Shown here: positions 7,348-17,200 of the stretch, one piece after another
Layout: every line of letters starts with the position of its first letter
Position numbering within the stretch: position 1 is the stretch's first letter
NCBI GenBank assembly: GCA_049970895.1
Contig: JBMFMB010000015.1
Coordinates: forward strand, 3,207 to 35,206
Length of the DNA stretch: 32,000 nucleotides
Source: Candidatus Bathyarchaeia archaeon
Lineage (GTDB): Archaea > Thermoproteota > Bathyarchaeia > Bathyarchaeales > Bathycorpusculaceae
Direction of reading: 5' to 3'
Notes under the pieces: model-generated
What the model saw: the letters and a program-made list of their open reading frames with translations, nothing else
Told to the model about the DNA's origin: nothing
Databases searched by the model: none
Translations under genes and position numbers: made by a program

Positions 7348-8419
7348 TAAGAAGACTTTTTTCACCTATCCAACCGCTAAAGAGGCGCTATTTTATGAAA
7401 GGCTAGCTAATAACAAGGTTAGGTGCCATCTCTGCGAAAGGAGATGCGAAATTGCAGAAGGCAAAGCGGGATTCTGCAAGACTAGGAGGAATTTTAGCGG
7501 CAAGCTTTACACACTTATTTACGGCGACATAAGCGTCATCGAAAGCCGCCCAATAGAGATAAAACCCTTCTTCCACTATTGGCCTGGTTCAACAGCTCTA
7601 ACTTTCTCCACATGGTCATGCAACTTTGACTGCGCATGGTGTCAAAACTTTCACTTGTCAAAGGTTGCTCCAGAACCAGCCAAAGCAGTTCATTACCAGC
7701 CAGATAAAATTGTTGAATTAGCCCTTGCCTATGGAGATGCAGGCTTATGTGCGAGTTTCCAAGAGCCAACACTTTTAACCGAATGGGCTATTCAGGTTTT
7801 TAGCCTAGGCAAAAGTAGAGGAATAAAATATTGCTGTTACGTTTCGAACGGTTATATGACCCTTGAAGTTTTAAAGGCACTTTGGAAGGCTGGTATGGAT
7901 GGACTTAAAATAGACGTTAAGGGCAACCGTGAAGTCTACATGAAATATTGTGGCGGCGCAGATGTGGAGAAGGTTTGGAGAAACGCTGCGGATGCCAAAC
8001 GCTTAGGGCTTCACGTTGAAATTGTGAACCTTGTTGTTAGCGGCGTAAATGACGGTGAAAATGCTCTACGTTGGATAATTGAAAGCCATTTAAAGCATGT
8101 TGGGCCTGAAACGCCACTGCATTTCACAAGATATTTTCCAGCCTACAAGTTTCATAACCCGCCCACCAAAGTTGAAACTTTGGAGAAAGCCTATGGGATG
8201 GCTAGAAAGGCTGGAGTTTTATATCCATACATTGGGAATGTTGCCGGGCACAGGTACGAGAACACATACTGTCCAACGTGTGGGGAGTTACTCATTAAGC
8301 GTTATGGATACTATGTTTTAAAATACGCTGTTACAGAGGATAAGAAATGCCCAAAATGTGGAACCATAATCCCAATAACTGGGCAATATTTAGGAAAATG
8401 GAATGCTCTGGCTTTTTAG
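7283..8419 (+). CDS. amrS: AmmeMemoRadiSam-system-type radical SAM enzyme (AmrS-like)
   Basis: N-terminal Cys cluster VRCHLCERRCEIAEGKAGFCKTR, radical SAM site STWSCNFDCAWCQNFHLS and C-terminal zinc ribbon CPTCG...CPKCG. The start overlaps the thiL end; candidates are 7283, 7292 and 7295. Confidence 0.8.
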   Translation: MRLMMKGELLSLGVGSISKNNSKKTFFTYPTAKEALFYERLANNKVRCHLCERRCEIAEGKAGFCKTRRNFSGKLYTLIYGDISVIESRPIEIKPFFHYWPGSTALTFSTWSCNFDCAWCQNFHLSKVAPEPAKAVHYQPDKIVELALAYGDAGLCASFQEPTLLTEWAIQVFSLGKSRGIKYCCYVSNGYMTLEVLKALWKAGMDGLKIDVKGNREVYMKYCGGADVEKVWRNAADAKRLGLHVEIVNLVVSGVNDGENALRWIIESHLKHVGPETPLHFTRYFPAYKFHNPPTKVETLEKAYGMARKAGVLYPYIGNVAGHRYENTYCPTCGELLIKRYGYYVLKYAVTEDKKCPKCGTIIPITGQYLGKWNALAF

Positions 8420-9673
8420 GGGCTTTCTGTCTTTAAGGGTTTCCCTAAGCCTAAAAAATGTGGCAGCTCCTATGAATCTTCCAACAGCGGAGACTATGTA
8501 AACTATTTGCAGGCCCAAAACTAAGCCGTATATGCTAACCGTCAAGTCTGATAGGTAGCCGCCAATAAGGGAGCCGAAAAACGTTACAGTTCCTATCAAC
8601 AGATTGTAGAAGGCTATGAAGCTTCCTTTATGCATTTCTGGAGAAACATCAAGTAAATAGGTGGTCACACTTGCTTGCTCAAAAGCCGCAACAGTGCCCC
8701 AAAAAGTACCTATAGCTATTAGGACATAAATGTTAGGCGAAAAGGCGTAAGCCAATGGAACTGAAACGTAGCTGAATCTCACAAGAATAAGCAGCGGTTT
8801 TCTACCAACAGTGTCAGCAAGCCTTCCAGCCCACCTAATAAAAATTATCGTAAATATTCCTTGAACAACTGAGAACAACGCGATTTCCAGCATAGAAGCC
8901 TTCAAGACCTTAACCTGTGTTATCGCGAACAGCGGCCAGGCAATTGACATGAAGAAATTGAAAACTGCACTGCACATGCAGTATCGGATGAAGTCTGGAG
9001 AGTGCTTTGCAACCTTAACAACGTCGAATAAATCCTTCACGAAGTTTTTCTTCACTTCACCTCTGTTTTTGCTGGGCTTTTCGACTCTAACATAAAACAT
9101 AGCAAATGACGATAACAGTCCACATGCCGTCGCAACCGCTATTGGAATTATGATCTGGTTCCTCACAGAACCCCCGATGACTGACATGATGGCTCCGGAA
9201 AACATGGTGGCTGAAATACTTCCTACAGAAGCCCAAAGATTGATTATGGCGTTGATTCTTCCCAGGTGTGAGGATGGAACCATGTCGCCTATCAGGGCGG
9301 TCCAAGCTGGAACAGCCATAGAGCCTAGAAGTGCTTGCAAACTGATTAATACAACCAGCTGGCTTGCAGTCTTCACAAACAATATTGGAAGCCAAAGTAT
9401 AGCAACAATTAATCCACCCAAAACAATGAAGGGGATTCTTTTTCCAAGTCTGTCGCTTAGTCTTCCCCAAAAAACCTGCATAACATTGTTTGACAGATTG
9501 CTCATCGACTGGAGCCAACCCATATCAGAGGAAGAAGCACCCAGCTCCTTAACCGCATAGGGACCGATAAACGGGTTTATCGTGCCAGTTCCTAGAGCGT
9601 TCGCTACCGAGCGAATATATACGATTTTCAGCTTCCTCTTGCTCTTAGATAGTCCACCATTTCCTTCCAGCAT
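8390..9673 (-). CDS. major facilitator superfamily transporter
   Basis: 427 aa with about 12 hydrophobic helices and an MFS loop 2-3 motif (GRLSDRLGKR), repeated in the second half (GRLADTVGRKP). Confidence 0.85.
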   Translation of the reverse strand: MLEGNGGLSKSKRKLKIVYIRSVANALGTGTINPFIGPYAVKELGASSSDMGWLQSMSNLSNNVMQVFWGRLSDRLGKRIPFIVLGGLIVAILWLPILFVKTASQLVVLISLQALLGSMAVPAWTALIGDMVPSSHLGRINAIINLWASVGSISATMFSGAIMSVIGGSVRNQIIIPIAVATACGLLSSFAMFYVRVEKPSKNRGEVKKNFVKDLFDVVKVAKHSPDFIRYCMCSAVFNFFMSIAWPLFAITQVKVLKASMLEIALFSVVQGIFTIIFIRWAGRLADTVGRKPLLILVRFSYVSVPLAYAFSPNIYVLIAIGTFWGTVAAFEQASVTTYLLDVSPEMHKGSFIAFYNLLIGTVTFFGSLIGGYLSDLTVSIYGLVLGLQIVYIVSAVGRFIGAATFFRLRETLKDRKPLKSQSIPFS

Positions 9674-9897
9674 AGTGCTCCGCTTTCTTTTGAAGTCTCA
9701 TCATGTTCTAGGAGAAGCTTAAAAGCTAAGCGGTTCGCTCTAACCCTTTTCAGAATCATTCCATGCTTGCCACGTCATATTTCTGAAAATTAAGGTAACT
9801 ATGTTGAAATTTCCATTTTTCAAGGGAAAATTTATATGAAGGAAAATTTGGTTTTATTTCAATCTCATTTCCAAAGCCAGATTTCTGGGTGAGAAAA

Positions 9898-10203
9898 TTA
9901 CTTCCTTATAATCCTCCGCTTGCCTTTGCATTTCCTAACAACAGTCACTGTTGGTTCTTGGTTCAGCTGTCTAATTTGAGCGTTTGGGTATAAGCGTTCA
10001 ATATCCCTTCTAATTTTTGATAAGTCCACATCCCCATAAGTTTTAACGTCAACTACAGGGTTGCCATCCTCGTCATAGCTTATCGAAACAGCGTATCCGG
10101 AGCCTATCTCAATTTTTGCTGGTTCTAAAATGAAACCCAAATCTTCAGCCAAATCCGGTTTAATCGGGCTTGCGGTTTCGCGTTTATGCCTTTTTTCAGC
10201 CAT
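9898..10203 (-). CDS. hypothetical small protein with basic termini
   Basis: 101-aa ORF with no motif I recognise. Coding is inferred only from ORF length and from fitting the gap between neighbouring genes. Confidence 0.45.
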   Translation of the reverse strand: MAEKRHKRETASPIKPDLAEDLGFILEPAKIEIGSGYAVSISYDEDGNPVVDVKTYGDVDLSKIRRDIERLYPNAQIRQLNQEPTVTVVRKCKGKRRIIRK

Positions 10204-10287
10204 TAAACCACCGCTTAAAGAAAAGCCTAAGTGAATTTAAAGTGTTGCTATTCTAGAATAAGAATTGTTTTTACAGCTTGTAAAAGT

Positions 10288-11664
10288 TTAGTGCACCAAC
10301 AGCTTCTCTTCATACTTCCTTAAGTATTCGGCAGCCTCACCAACATCCATGAATAAGTCGTCCACCCGCTGTACATCTTCGACAGTCACTTTATCCCTAT
10401 TGGCTGACTTTGCATTTTGAGCTGCCAAGCTTAACAGTTGTACAGCGTACCGCATGGAGCTTTTCGCTCCAACCTCGGCAAGCTTTTCAAGTGCATCCTT
10501 ATCCAGCTTAATCTTCTCCTCGGAGGCGCGAATCCTCAGGATTTCCTTTATGCTTTCAAGGTCGTATGGTTGTGTTGCAATTATGACTGAGCGGTCTATG
10601 AGGTCAACTGGAAAGCCCAGCGGACTCCTTATGTCTGTTCCGCGGATTCTTGCCACTCCACGGTTTGTGGCAAGAATTATTATTGGGACGAGTTCGCTTT
10701 CCATGGCTCTTCCAAGAAAGCTGAACGCTTCCAAATCTAATAGGTGAGCGTCATCTATGAAGAGCACACCAGGATGGATGAAGGCTTTGCCACTGTCAAC
10801 CCACTCCTTCACTTGCTGGTCAACAGCCATCCGCACCTCGGTGTCAATCTCCTTCGACTCAGAACCGCCGAAAAACAACGAGAACAACCCACCTGAACGT
10901 TGCCTGGCGTTTAATTCGTCCAAATCCGCCAAAGTAAGCATATATACGAACTCTTTCTCTTTCAAAACCTTGCCGTTTGGACGGGGAATCTTCCTCCTTG
11001 TGTCAACATCATAAGTTTTCCCTTTCTGGCTTTCAAGGCATAATCCAAGGTTAACAACCCTACCGGTTTCAGCATCTATCTGGATAACATGCCCTTCAGA
11101 TATGCCCTCAGCGATTATCTGCTGGGCTATGGAGGCGCCAGCCTCAATAGTTTTCTCTTCTTCCTTAGTTTTTAACGTGAGCCTAACGCTTTCAGGAATC
11201 TTCTGGTAGGGATTGTAGGGGTGCGGTGCCGTTCTAATGTCAACCATGGTGACTTCGCCCTCATAGACCTTCCGCATTTCATGGATTTCAACGCCTATGC
11301 ATTTTCTTATGGCTTCTATGAGGACTTCGGTTTTCTTCCTTTCAGTGCTGTAGATTTCGCTTCCGCTCATCTGTATGAATGGAACATTTTCGCCAAGTTC
11401 CTTAGAAATAGCCACGGCTATAGCTGTTTTTCCAGTGCCAGGCGGACCAGCCAGGATAATGCATTTTCCGCTGAGTTTTCCTTCCTTAATCATTTTCACA
11501 ACTAAGCCTGCAGCTTCCCTAGCCTTTTCCTGCCCAACCATTCCATCCTTTATCTTCACAGCCTTTAGATTCTCGTCTAAGCCTAAACCCTTAATGTGGG
11601 TGTGGGCGCCTATCCTTTCAAATCTTGATACGGGTGCGGTGGGCAGCTCCCTAATAGCCGCCAT
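10288..11664 (-). CDS. TIP49 / RuvB-like (pontin/reptin-type) AAA+ ATPase
   Basis: RIGAHTHIKGLGLDE...GMVGQEKAREAAG, Walker A GPPGTGKTA, an inserted OB-like domain II, and Walker B GVLFIDDAHLLD. I place the start at MAAIRELP (11664); the ORF extends to 11733. Confidence 0.9.
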   Translation of the reverse strand: MAAIRELPTAPVSRFERIGAHTHIKGLGLDENLKAVKIKDGMVGQEKAREAAGLVVKMIKEGKLSGKCIILAGPPGTGKTAIAVAISKELGENVPFIQMSGSEIYSTERKKTEVLIEAIRKCIGVEIHEMRKVYEGEVTMVDIRTAPHPYNPYQKIPESVRLTLKTKEEEKTIEAGASIAQQIIAEGISEGHVIQIDAETGRVVNLGLCLESQKGKTYDVDTRRKIPRPNGKVLKEKEFVYMLTLADLDELNARQRSGGLFSLFFGGSESKEIDTEVRMAVDQQVKEWVDSGKAFIHPGVLFIDDAHLLDLEAFSFLGRAMESELVPIIILATNRGVARIRGTDIRSPLGFPVDLIDRSVIIATQPYDLESIKEILRIRASEEKIKLDKDALEKLAEVGAKSSMRYAVQLLSLAAQNAKSANRDKVTVEDVQRVDDLFMDVGEAAEYLRKYEEKLLVH

Positions 11665-11752
11665 AAACGCCACCCCAAGCTTGAAAGGTTTAAAATCGCC
11701 TTTTATAATCAACAGATTTAAACCAGAAATCACAAGGATAAAAATTTAGCGC

Positions 11753-12319
11753 TCATTTCTTGCCCAGTTCCCTTCTATCCAGCAAATAGTTCAAAACTGT
11801 TATGCACGTAGCAGCCAGGTAAGGCTTTTTCCCAAGGGATATTTTCTCTCCATAGCGTAATGTAAAAGCCTCAACCTTCTTAGGCAAGCCCACATGGTCT
11901 CCCAAGACAAAAACCGGATTTTCCCCAACATCAACCTCGAATACATCTTTTCCGCCTTCTTCCAGAACGTGGATTTTGCTCTGTTCCGCCTTCTGCTTTA
12001 TCAAAGCCTCAAAACTAGTCTTTGAGAGGCTTATCCCCGGATGGGGCTTCCCAGACAAAACCTTTTTCAATATTTGGGTCCATGTGTCAACGTCGGTTCT
12101 AACATCATGCAGTGTTAAACCCTCAATTCTTAAATGCAATGGCGGTTGAGGTGGACCATTTAATATGGCATGGAAAACTGTGTCCTTGCGTATTGCATGG
12201 GATAAGAAAAGGCTTGCAACTGCACATTCGTAAACTATGTCTAGGCGTCCAGCATCATGCAAATTTTTCCATTTTGCGTCTGTTCGACCTAGCCGCGAGT
12301 ACAAGATGAATTCACGCAT
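11753..12319 (-). CDS. trmY: tRNA (pseudouridine54-N1)-methyltransferase TrmY (SPOUT, DUF358)
   Basis: MREFILYS...GRLDIVYECAVASLFLSHAIRKDTVFHAILNGPPQPPLHLRIEG...NPVFVLGDHVGL resembles the Mja_1640-type TrmY sequence as I remember it. The start is taken at MREF. Confidence 0.8.
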   Translation of the reverse strand: MREFILYSRLGRTDAKWKNLHDAGRLDIVYECAVASLFLSHAIRKDTVFHAILNGPPQPPLHLRIEGLTLHDVRTDVDTWTQILKKVLSGKPHPGISLSKTSFEALIKQKAEQSKIHVLEEGGKDVFEVDVGENPVFVLGDHVGLPKKVEAFTLRYGEKISLGKKPYLAATCITVLNYLLDRRELGKK

Positions 12320-12357
12320 GCTATTTGCCCTCACCTTTCTTTAATTATTGCCGAAAG

Positions 12358-15300
12358 CTAAGCTTTCCTAATTTCCAAAATTTCCCTGTACAGCTCTTTG
12401 AGGATTTCCTTATAGTCCACTTTTCCTTGCTCTATCATATTCATTATTGACTCGAGTTTTCGTGTTGCCTCCTCGGAGGTGTACTTCCCAAATCTTAAAC
12501 TTAGGTGCTTGTAGACTTTGAAGCCCAATTTTGTGCTGATGAGCCTATTCCCCTTTTCAATGGCATAGTGCCTCTCCAATATTGTTGCAACAGTTTTAGC
12601 GTAGGTGCTGGGTCTTCCAACGCCTCTATCTTTCATTAGGGCTATTATCTCTCCTTGAGTGAAGGGTCTAGTCGCTGGCAAGTACAGAAGCCTCGCAAAC
12701 CTTAACTTGTATTCGCCCTCCTCAACGATGCTTGCAGTTTTTATTGGCAGTATGGCGTTAAATCCTTCGCTTAAAATGCTGACTGGGTTCTCGACAGACG
12801 CTTGGTTTCCATTTATTAGAACCTTAAATTGTTGATAGAGGATTTTAGCCTCCCTCATCTGGCTTGCAATGAAACGCTTAAATATTAAATCGTAAAGCTG
12901 GAAATGATCATTTGTAAGTCTTTTCGGAAACCTCAAAATTCCCGTGGAAATCAAGTTTTTCAACTGTTCCACGTCTAAAGCCCTCGTTGGTCTGATGCAC
13001 TCATGCGCTCCTTCCATGAAGTATCTCCGCGGGACAAACAGCGACGGATACCTTTCTTGAATGTAGTTTTTGGCAATTCCTATTCCAGTGGCGGAAACTG
13101 TTGTTGAGTCTGTTCTGTGGTATGTGCATAACCCCATTTCAAACAAGTCTTGGGCGATCATCATAGTTTTTGTGGCTGAAAAACCAAGCTTAGCCGAAGC
13201 ATCACGGAGCAGCGTGTCAGTGGTATATGGCGGTGGTGGATTCACACCTTTTTCTTCGGTTTTTAAGTCCACTATTTTCGCTTTTAGCTCGCTAATATGT
13301 TTTTCAATTTGCTGTTCTGGGAATTGGATGACTGGATTTTCAATTGAAACCCTTAAGCCGTTTGAAAGCACTACTGACAAAACTTTCTTCTTCTTTCTTG
13401 ATTCGCTAACCCTCTCTATTATCCATCCAAGCACTGGAGTTTGAACCCTTCCAGCAGAAAGTCTATAGTTCTGGAATCTGTGCCAAAGTTTCTGGCTTAG
13501 CTCAAAGCCTATCCAACGGTCTTCTATGCGTCTGACCAGTTGGGCTTCAACCATCCTCAAATTGATTTCTCGCCTATTCTTTATCGCTTGCAGAAAAGCC
13601 TTCTTTGTGATTTCGTGAAACTCCAGCCTTTCAACTTTATGGTTCATGGGGTAAAGCGAACAGTAAACGTCGTAGGCTATTTTCTCCCCCTCAATATCTG
13701 GGTCTGTGGCTATGAAGATGCTGTTAACTTCTAGGGCGATTTCCCTCATGGCTCCAACAAGCTCGCTTTTGGAGTAGAACTCTTGACTTTTGCATTTTGG
13801 ACAGAACTCTAAACCTGTGAATTGCTCCCCGCATTTTTTGCACTTCTTTATGAAATCGTATATGGGCACAAAATTTCCATCTTCAACTTTTACGCCGTGA
13901 AATCCCTCATTAACCACCAAGTCGTAAATGTGTCCCATGCTTGCCACAATGTTAAGCACAAATTCCCCGGTGCTAACCTCAAAAACTGTTACGTTTCCAA
14001 TTTTCCTCTTATAGGGCTTTCCAAAAAACCTCGATATGGTTCTTGCCTTTGTTGGTGACTCCACAATCAATAGAGCCGCCTTAATGAAGTCCTTTACTCT
14101 CTTGACGATTTTGCCCTCCCTAATCTCCCGTATAATCGCTCTGTCATCGTCTATTTTCCTGAACCATTTCTCAGCAGCTTTGGCGGTGAACCTCGTCCAC
14201 GTGGCTTCTCCAAGCATGAACTCCAGTTTACGCCTAAGCGAGTGGAAAGCCTTCTCATCATCCACAAGGAGAAAGCTTGCACCGTGTGTTATGCCTCCAG
14301 CAAACATTCTTGAGGCCCTTCCAGAAGCTTGAACATAAGCTATGGGATCAGCCGCAATGAGGTAAAAGTCTCCATTCCTCTTCTTTAGGGAAACCTCCTT
14401 ACTCTGCGTTATATGCTCTATAACTTTGGGCGTTATGGCACTTTTTAGAAAATCTCTAGCCTCCAAAACAAGCCTTTTAACATAATCTTCATAACCGCTG
14501 AGTGGGGCGCCGGTCTCTATGGATGTTTTAACCTTTTCCAGCGTCTGCTTGTCTATGGGGACTATTCTGCGAAGACTGCTGATTATCTGGCTTGCCTTGT
14601 CTTGCTGGTCTTTCTCCAGAAACTCCCTAATGTTTTTAAGAAGCGTGAGGATTTTGGAAGGGTTGTATTCTTCCCAGCTCAGCCTAATCTCCATCCTTGG
14701 CACGCCTGTGAAGATTACGTAGCGAACCCTTTCTGGGAGGTCTATCCCCCTAGCAAGGGGGCTTCTGAAGCTTGCAACCCCTATCAAGGCGTCATATTCG
14801 CCCTTCTCAAACTTTCCCAGAAGCCCCTCATCCATTTTCACGTAGACGTTCGCCCTCACACCATTTGCGTTCAAAAAATCGCTTAGCTTAATGGCGTAGT
14901 CTCTGCCAAAAACTGATGGGACAAAAACTAGGCATCCGGAGCCAAAACTCTTGATTAAGGATAGCACTTGGCTATCGATTTCACCATTGTTTGCCTCAAT
15001 GTAAAAGTCTTTGATGTTTCTTAGAAATTCTGGTTTAAAGCCTATCTGAAACCTCAAAAGTTCCTCGAAGAGTTTTATCCTCTTCGTCCTCTTTGCCTTC
15101 ACGGTTGCTCCTGAAACAATCAGCAAGCCGATGTTGTTTCGGCTTTTATAATCCTCAATCTTACGCCTTATCGCCTCCATCTGTTCTAGAACTTCTAACG
15201 AAGATTTACCCATCCTCTTTAATCGGTTCGCCTCTTTTCGGAGGTCTATAAGCTGAAAAGCCAGTGTTATTGTGGCATTGTCAAAGCCCAAAATCGCCAA

Positions 15301-15969
15301 AATCCTATCAATGTTCCTCGGAGATTTTAGGAAGGAGTCAACATCGTCCACAAACACGAAGTCAAAACTTTTGCCTTTTAGGGCGTCAAAGTGGCTCATC
15401 AAAAACCTTTCGGTTGTCACGAGAATTTCAAAATCGCCATTAGCCACCCTTTCCAAGGCCGTTTTTCGTTCTTCATCGCTTAAGGCTACGTGATAACATA
15501 TTTTTCTAGGCTTTATTCCAAGCCTTTCCGAATAGGCATCTAATTTTTCTGAAACCTGCTGAACAAGGAGGGCTGTGGGCACTATTATGTAGCTTTTCTT
15601 CCCACAAACAGCAAAATAGAGGGCCGCAACAGTTCCCAAAACAGTTTTCCCAACACCAGTCGGCGCAACTATAGAAAAGTTCCGTTTTAAGAGGATTCTC
15701 CTAGCCCAAGTCTCCTGAAGGGACCACATCCTCTGCCCAACAGCCCTCTTAAAAAACATAGAAAATTGGCTGAACTTCCTATAAAAATCGAAAACTTCGC
15801 CGGCAAAGTACAGTCTTCCTCTTTCCTCAAGGGCTTTTAACGCTTGTTTCCACGACTTCACATCTTCAACGCTTTCAAGACAATTTTCACACATCCCAAA
15901 TTGTAGGAGACGCTCATCAGAAATTGCGCCCTTACAGTTCACGCATAACCCGTAATAAATCCCCCTCAA
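12358..15969 (-). CDS. rgy: reverse gyrase
   Basis: 1203 aa. N-terminal zinc finger CVNCKG...CENC, helicase Walker A APTGVGKT and VFVDDVD, TOPRIM LLIVESPTKARTI, internal zinc ribbon CKKCG...CPKC, and topo IA catalytic Tyr context CTYHRTDS. Confidence 0.97.
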   Translation of the reverse strand: MRGIYYGLCVNCKGAISDERLLQFGMCENCLESVEDVKSWKQALKALEERGRLYFAGEVFDFYRKFSQFSMFFKRAVGQRMWSLQETWARRILLKRNFSIVAPTGVGKTVLGTVAALYFAVCGKKSYIIVPTALLVQQVSEKLDAYSERLGIKPRKICYHVALSDEERKTALERVANGDFEILVTTERFLMSHFDALKGKSFDFVFVDDVDSFLKSPRNIDRILAILGFDNATITLAFQLIDLRKEANRLKRMGKSSLEVLEQMEAIRRKIEDYKSRNNIGLLIVSGATVKAKRTKRIKLFEELLRFQIGFKPEFLRNIKDFYIEANNGEIDSQVLSLIKSFGSGCLVFVPSVFGRDYAIKLSDFLNANGVRANVYVKMDEGLLGKFEKGEYDALIGVASFRSPLARGIDLPERVRYVIFTGVPRMEIRLSWEEYNPSKILTLLKNIREFLEKDQQDKASQIISSLRRIVPIDKQTLEKVKTSIETGAPLSGYEDYVKRLVLEARDFLKSAITPKVIEHITQSKEVSLKKRNGDFYLIAADPIAYVQASGRASRMFAGGITHGASFLLVDDEKAFHSLRRKLEFMLGEATWTRFTAKAAEKWFRKIDDDRAIIREIREGKIVKRVKDFIKAALLIVESPTKARTISRFFGKPYKRKIGNVTVFEVSTGEFVLNIVASMGHIYDLVVNEGFHGVKVEDGNFVPIYDFIKKCKKCGEQFTGLEFCPKCKSQEFYSKSELVGAMREIALEVNSIFIATDPDIEGEKIAYDVYCSLYPMNHKVERLEFHEITKKAFLQAIKNRREINLRMVEAQLVRRIEDRWIGFELSQKLWHRFQNYRLSAGRVQTPVLGWIIERVSESRKKKKVLSVVLSNGLRVSIENPVIQFPEQQIEKHISELKAKIVDLKTEEKGVNPPPPYTTDTLLRDASAKLGFSATKTMMIAQDLFEMGLCTYHRTDSTTVSATGIGIAKNYIQERYPSLFVPRRYFMEGAHECIRPTRALDVEQLKNLISTGILRFPKRLTNDHFQLYDLIFKRFIASQMREAKILYQQFKVLINGNQASVENPVSILSEGFNAILPIKTASIVEEGEYKLRFARLLYLPATRPFTQGEIIALMKDRGVGRPSTYAKTVATILERHYAIEKGNRLISTKLGFKVYKHLSLRFGKYTSEEATRKLESIMNMIEQGKVDYKEILKELYREILEIRKA

Positions 15970-16038
15970 GCAGCCACCACCTTAACATTTAGGCTTTTAA
16001 CCCAAACATGCCAGCCATGCCTATGAAGAGCCTCGGGC

Positions 16039-16131
16039 GGGATTTGAACCCGCGACCACCGCCTATCCGTAGCCTTACAGCTTTACCAAGGCGGTGCCCC
16101 ACCAGGCTAGGCTACCGAGGCATAGCACCAG
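16039..16131 (-). tRNA. tRNA-Thr(GGU) with ~19-nt intron 3' of position 37
   Basis: Hand fold. Acceptor GCCUCGG/CCGAGGC, D arm GCCU-AGCCUGGUG-GGGC, anticodon stem CCGCC/GGCGG enclosing 26 nt (UUGGUA + intron + A), T arm GCGGG-UUCAAAU-CCCGC, discriminator U, no encoded CCA. Confidence 0.85.
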
Positions 16132-16230
16132 CGCCACCAAACAACATAGCACATAAACGTTTTAAAGGATTTCGCGCACCGCACAACAAACAATTTATAA
16201 TCTCGAACCTCAACCATCCACTATGAAAGG

Positions 16231-16315
16231 GCGGGGGTCGCCAAGCCTGGTCAAAGGCGCAAGGCTTAGGACCTTGTCCCGTAGGGGTTCGTGGGTTCAA
16301 ATCCCACCCCCCGCA
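16231..16315 (+). tRNA. tRNA-Leu(UAG), class II with long variable arm
   Basis: Acceptor GCGGGGG/CCCCCGC, 3-bp D stem GCC/GGC, anticodon stem CAAGG/CCUUG with loop CUUAGGA, variable arm UCCCGUAGGGGUUC, T arm GUGGG-UUCAAAU-CCCAC, discriminator A. Confidence 0.92.
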
Positions 16316-16513
16316 CTTTATTGGAACCTACAGTTCCGATACCTCCCTTAAAGCATAATAAGGTTTTATAGGTTATCTGCTTGACGAAGGAATGCCGAAA
16401 TCTTCAACTGTTGAGCGGAAAGTTAGAGCTTTGAAAAGTTTGTTAATGCATGTTGATTGTCCATTCCTCTATTTCGCAAACATAAATAAGTTGCAAATAA
16501 AACCTAATGGCTA

Positions 16514-17200
16514 GTGAAAACTTTGAGAGTTAAGTTAGACCTCCATGTTCACACATGCTACTCTTATGATGGGTTAATAAAGCCAAAAGAGCTTGTCGCC
16601 TACGCCAAGAGGGTTGGTTTGGATGGAATAGCCATAACAGACCACGACAGAATAGACGGAGCCCTAAAACTGGCAAAAAATTTGGCGGACTTGTTAATTA
16701 TTCCCGGCATAGAAGTCTCAAGCTTGGAAGGTCACGTAGTTGGGTTAAACATTCAAGAGGTTGTTCCTAAAAACCTAACGGCGGAGGAGACGATAGACAG
16801 AATCCACAACCTTGGCGGTTTAGCCATAGCATGCCACCCAAGAGCCCTTTTCAAAGCAAGTTTGGGATGGAAAGTCAGCAAGAATTTTGATGCTATAGAA
16901 GTTGTGAACGCTTCGGCATTCCCCTTCAAACGCTCCACTAGGCAAGCACTGGAAATAGCCAATAGGCTTGGAATCCCGCGGGTTGGTGGCAGCGACGCTC
17001 ATTACGCTCCGGAAATAGGCTTGGCGTACACGCTTGTGGACGCTGAACTCAGCTGCGAAGAAATTGTTAAAGCCATAAGCAAGGGACTGTGCGAACCCTT
17101 TGGAAAAGCAATACCATTGGGAACTAGGCTGAAAAGGGAATTTCTAGCCTTAAAAAATAAATATTTTAGGAAAAACAGCGAATCATGTTCCAATTATTAG
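16514..17200 (+). CDS. PHP-domain metal-dependent phosphoesterase
   Basis: LDLHVHTCYSYDG, IAITDHD, ACHP and GGSDAHY form the PHP His/Asp motif series. GTG start. Confidence 0.8.
   Translation: MKTLRVKLDLHVHTCYSYDGLIKPKELVAYAKRVGLDGIAITDHDRIDGALKLAKNLADLLIIPGIEVSSLEGHVVGLNIQEVVPKNLTAEETIDRIHNLGGLAIACHPRALFKASLGWKVSKNFDAIEVVNASAFPFKRSTRQALEIANRLGIPRVGGSDAHYAPEIGLAYTLVDAELSCEEIVKAISKGLCEPFGKAIPLGTRLKREFLALKNKYFRKNSESCSNY

Noticed and set aside
9716-9776. A 10-nt match (ttgccacgtc) plus a gcttaa-like string resembling the arms of the 1908-2122 inverted-repeat element, considered as a possible second degenerate copy.
   Set aside because: Given about 200 possible 10-mers from the element and 64 kb of two-strand search space, several chance 10-nt matches are expected. 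There is no extended similarity and no partner arm.
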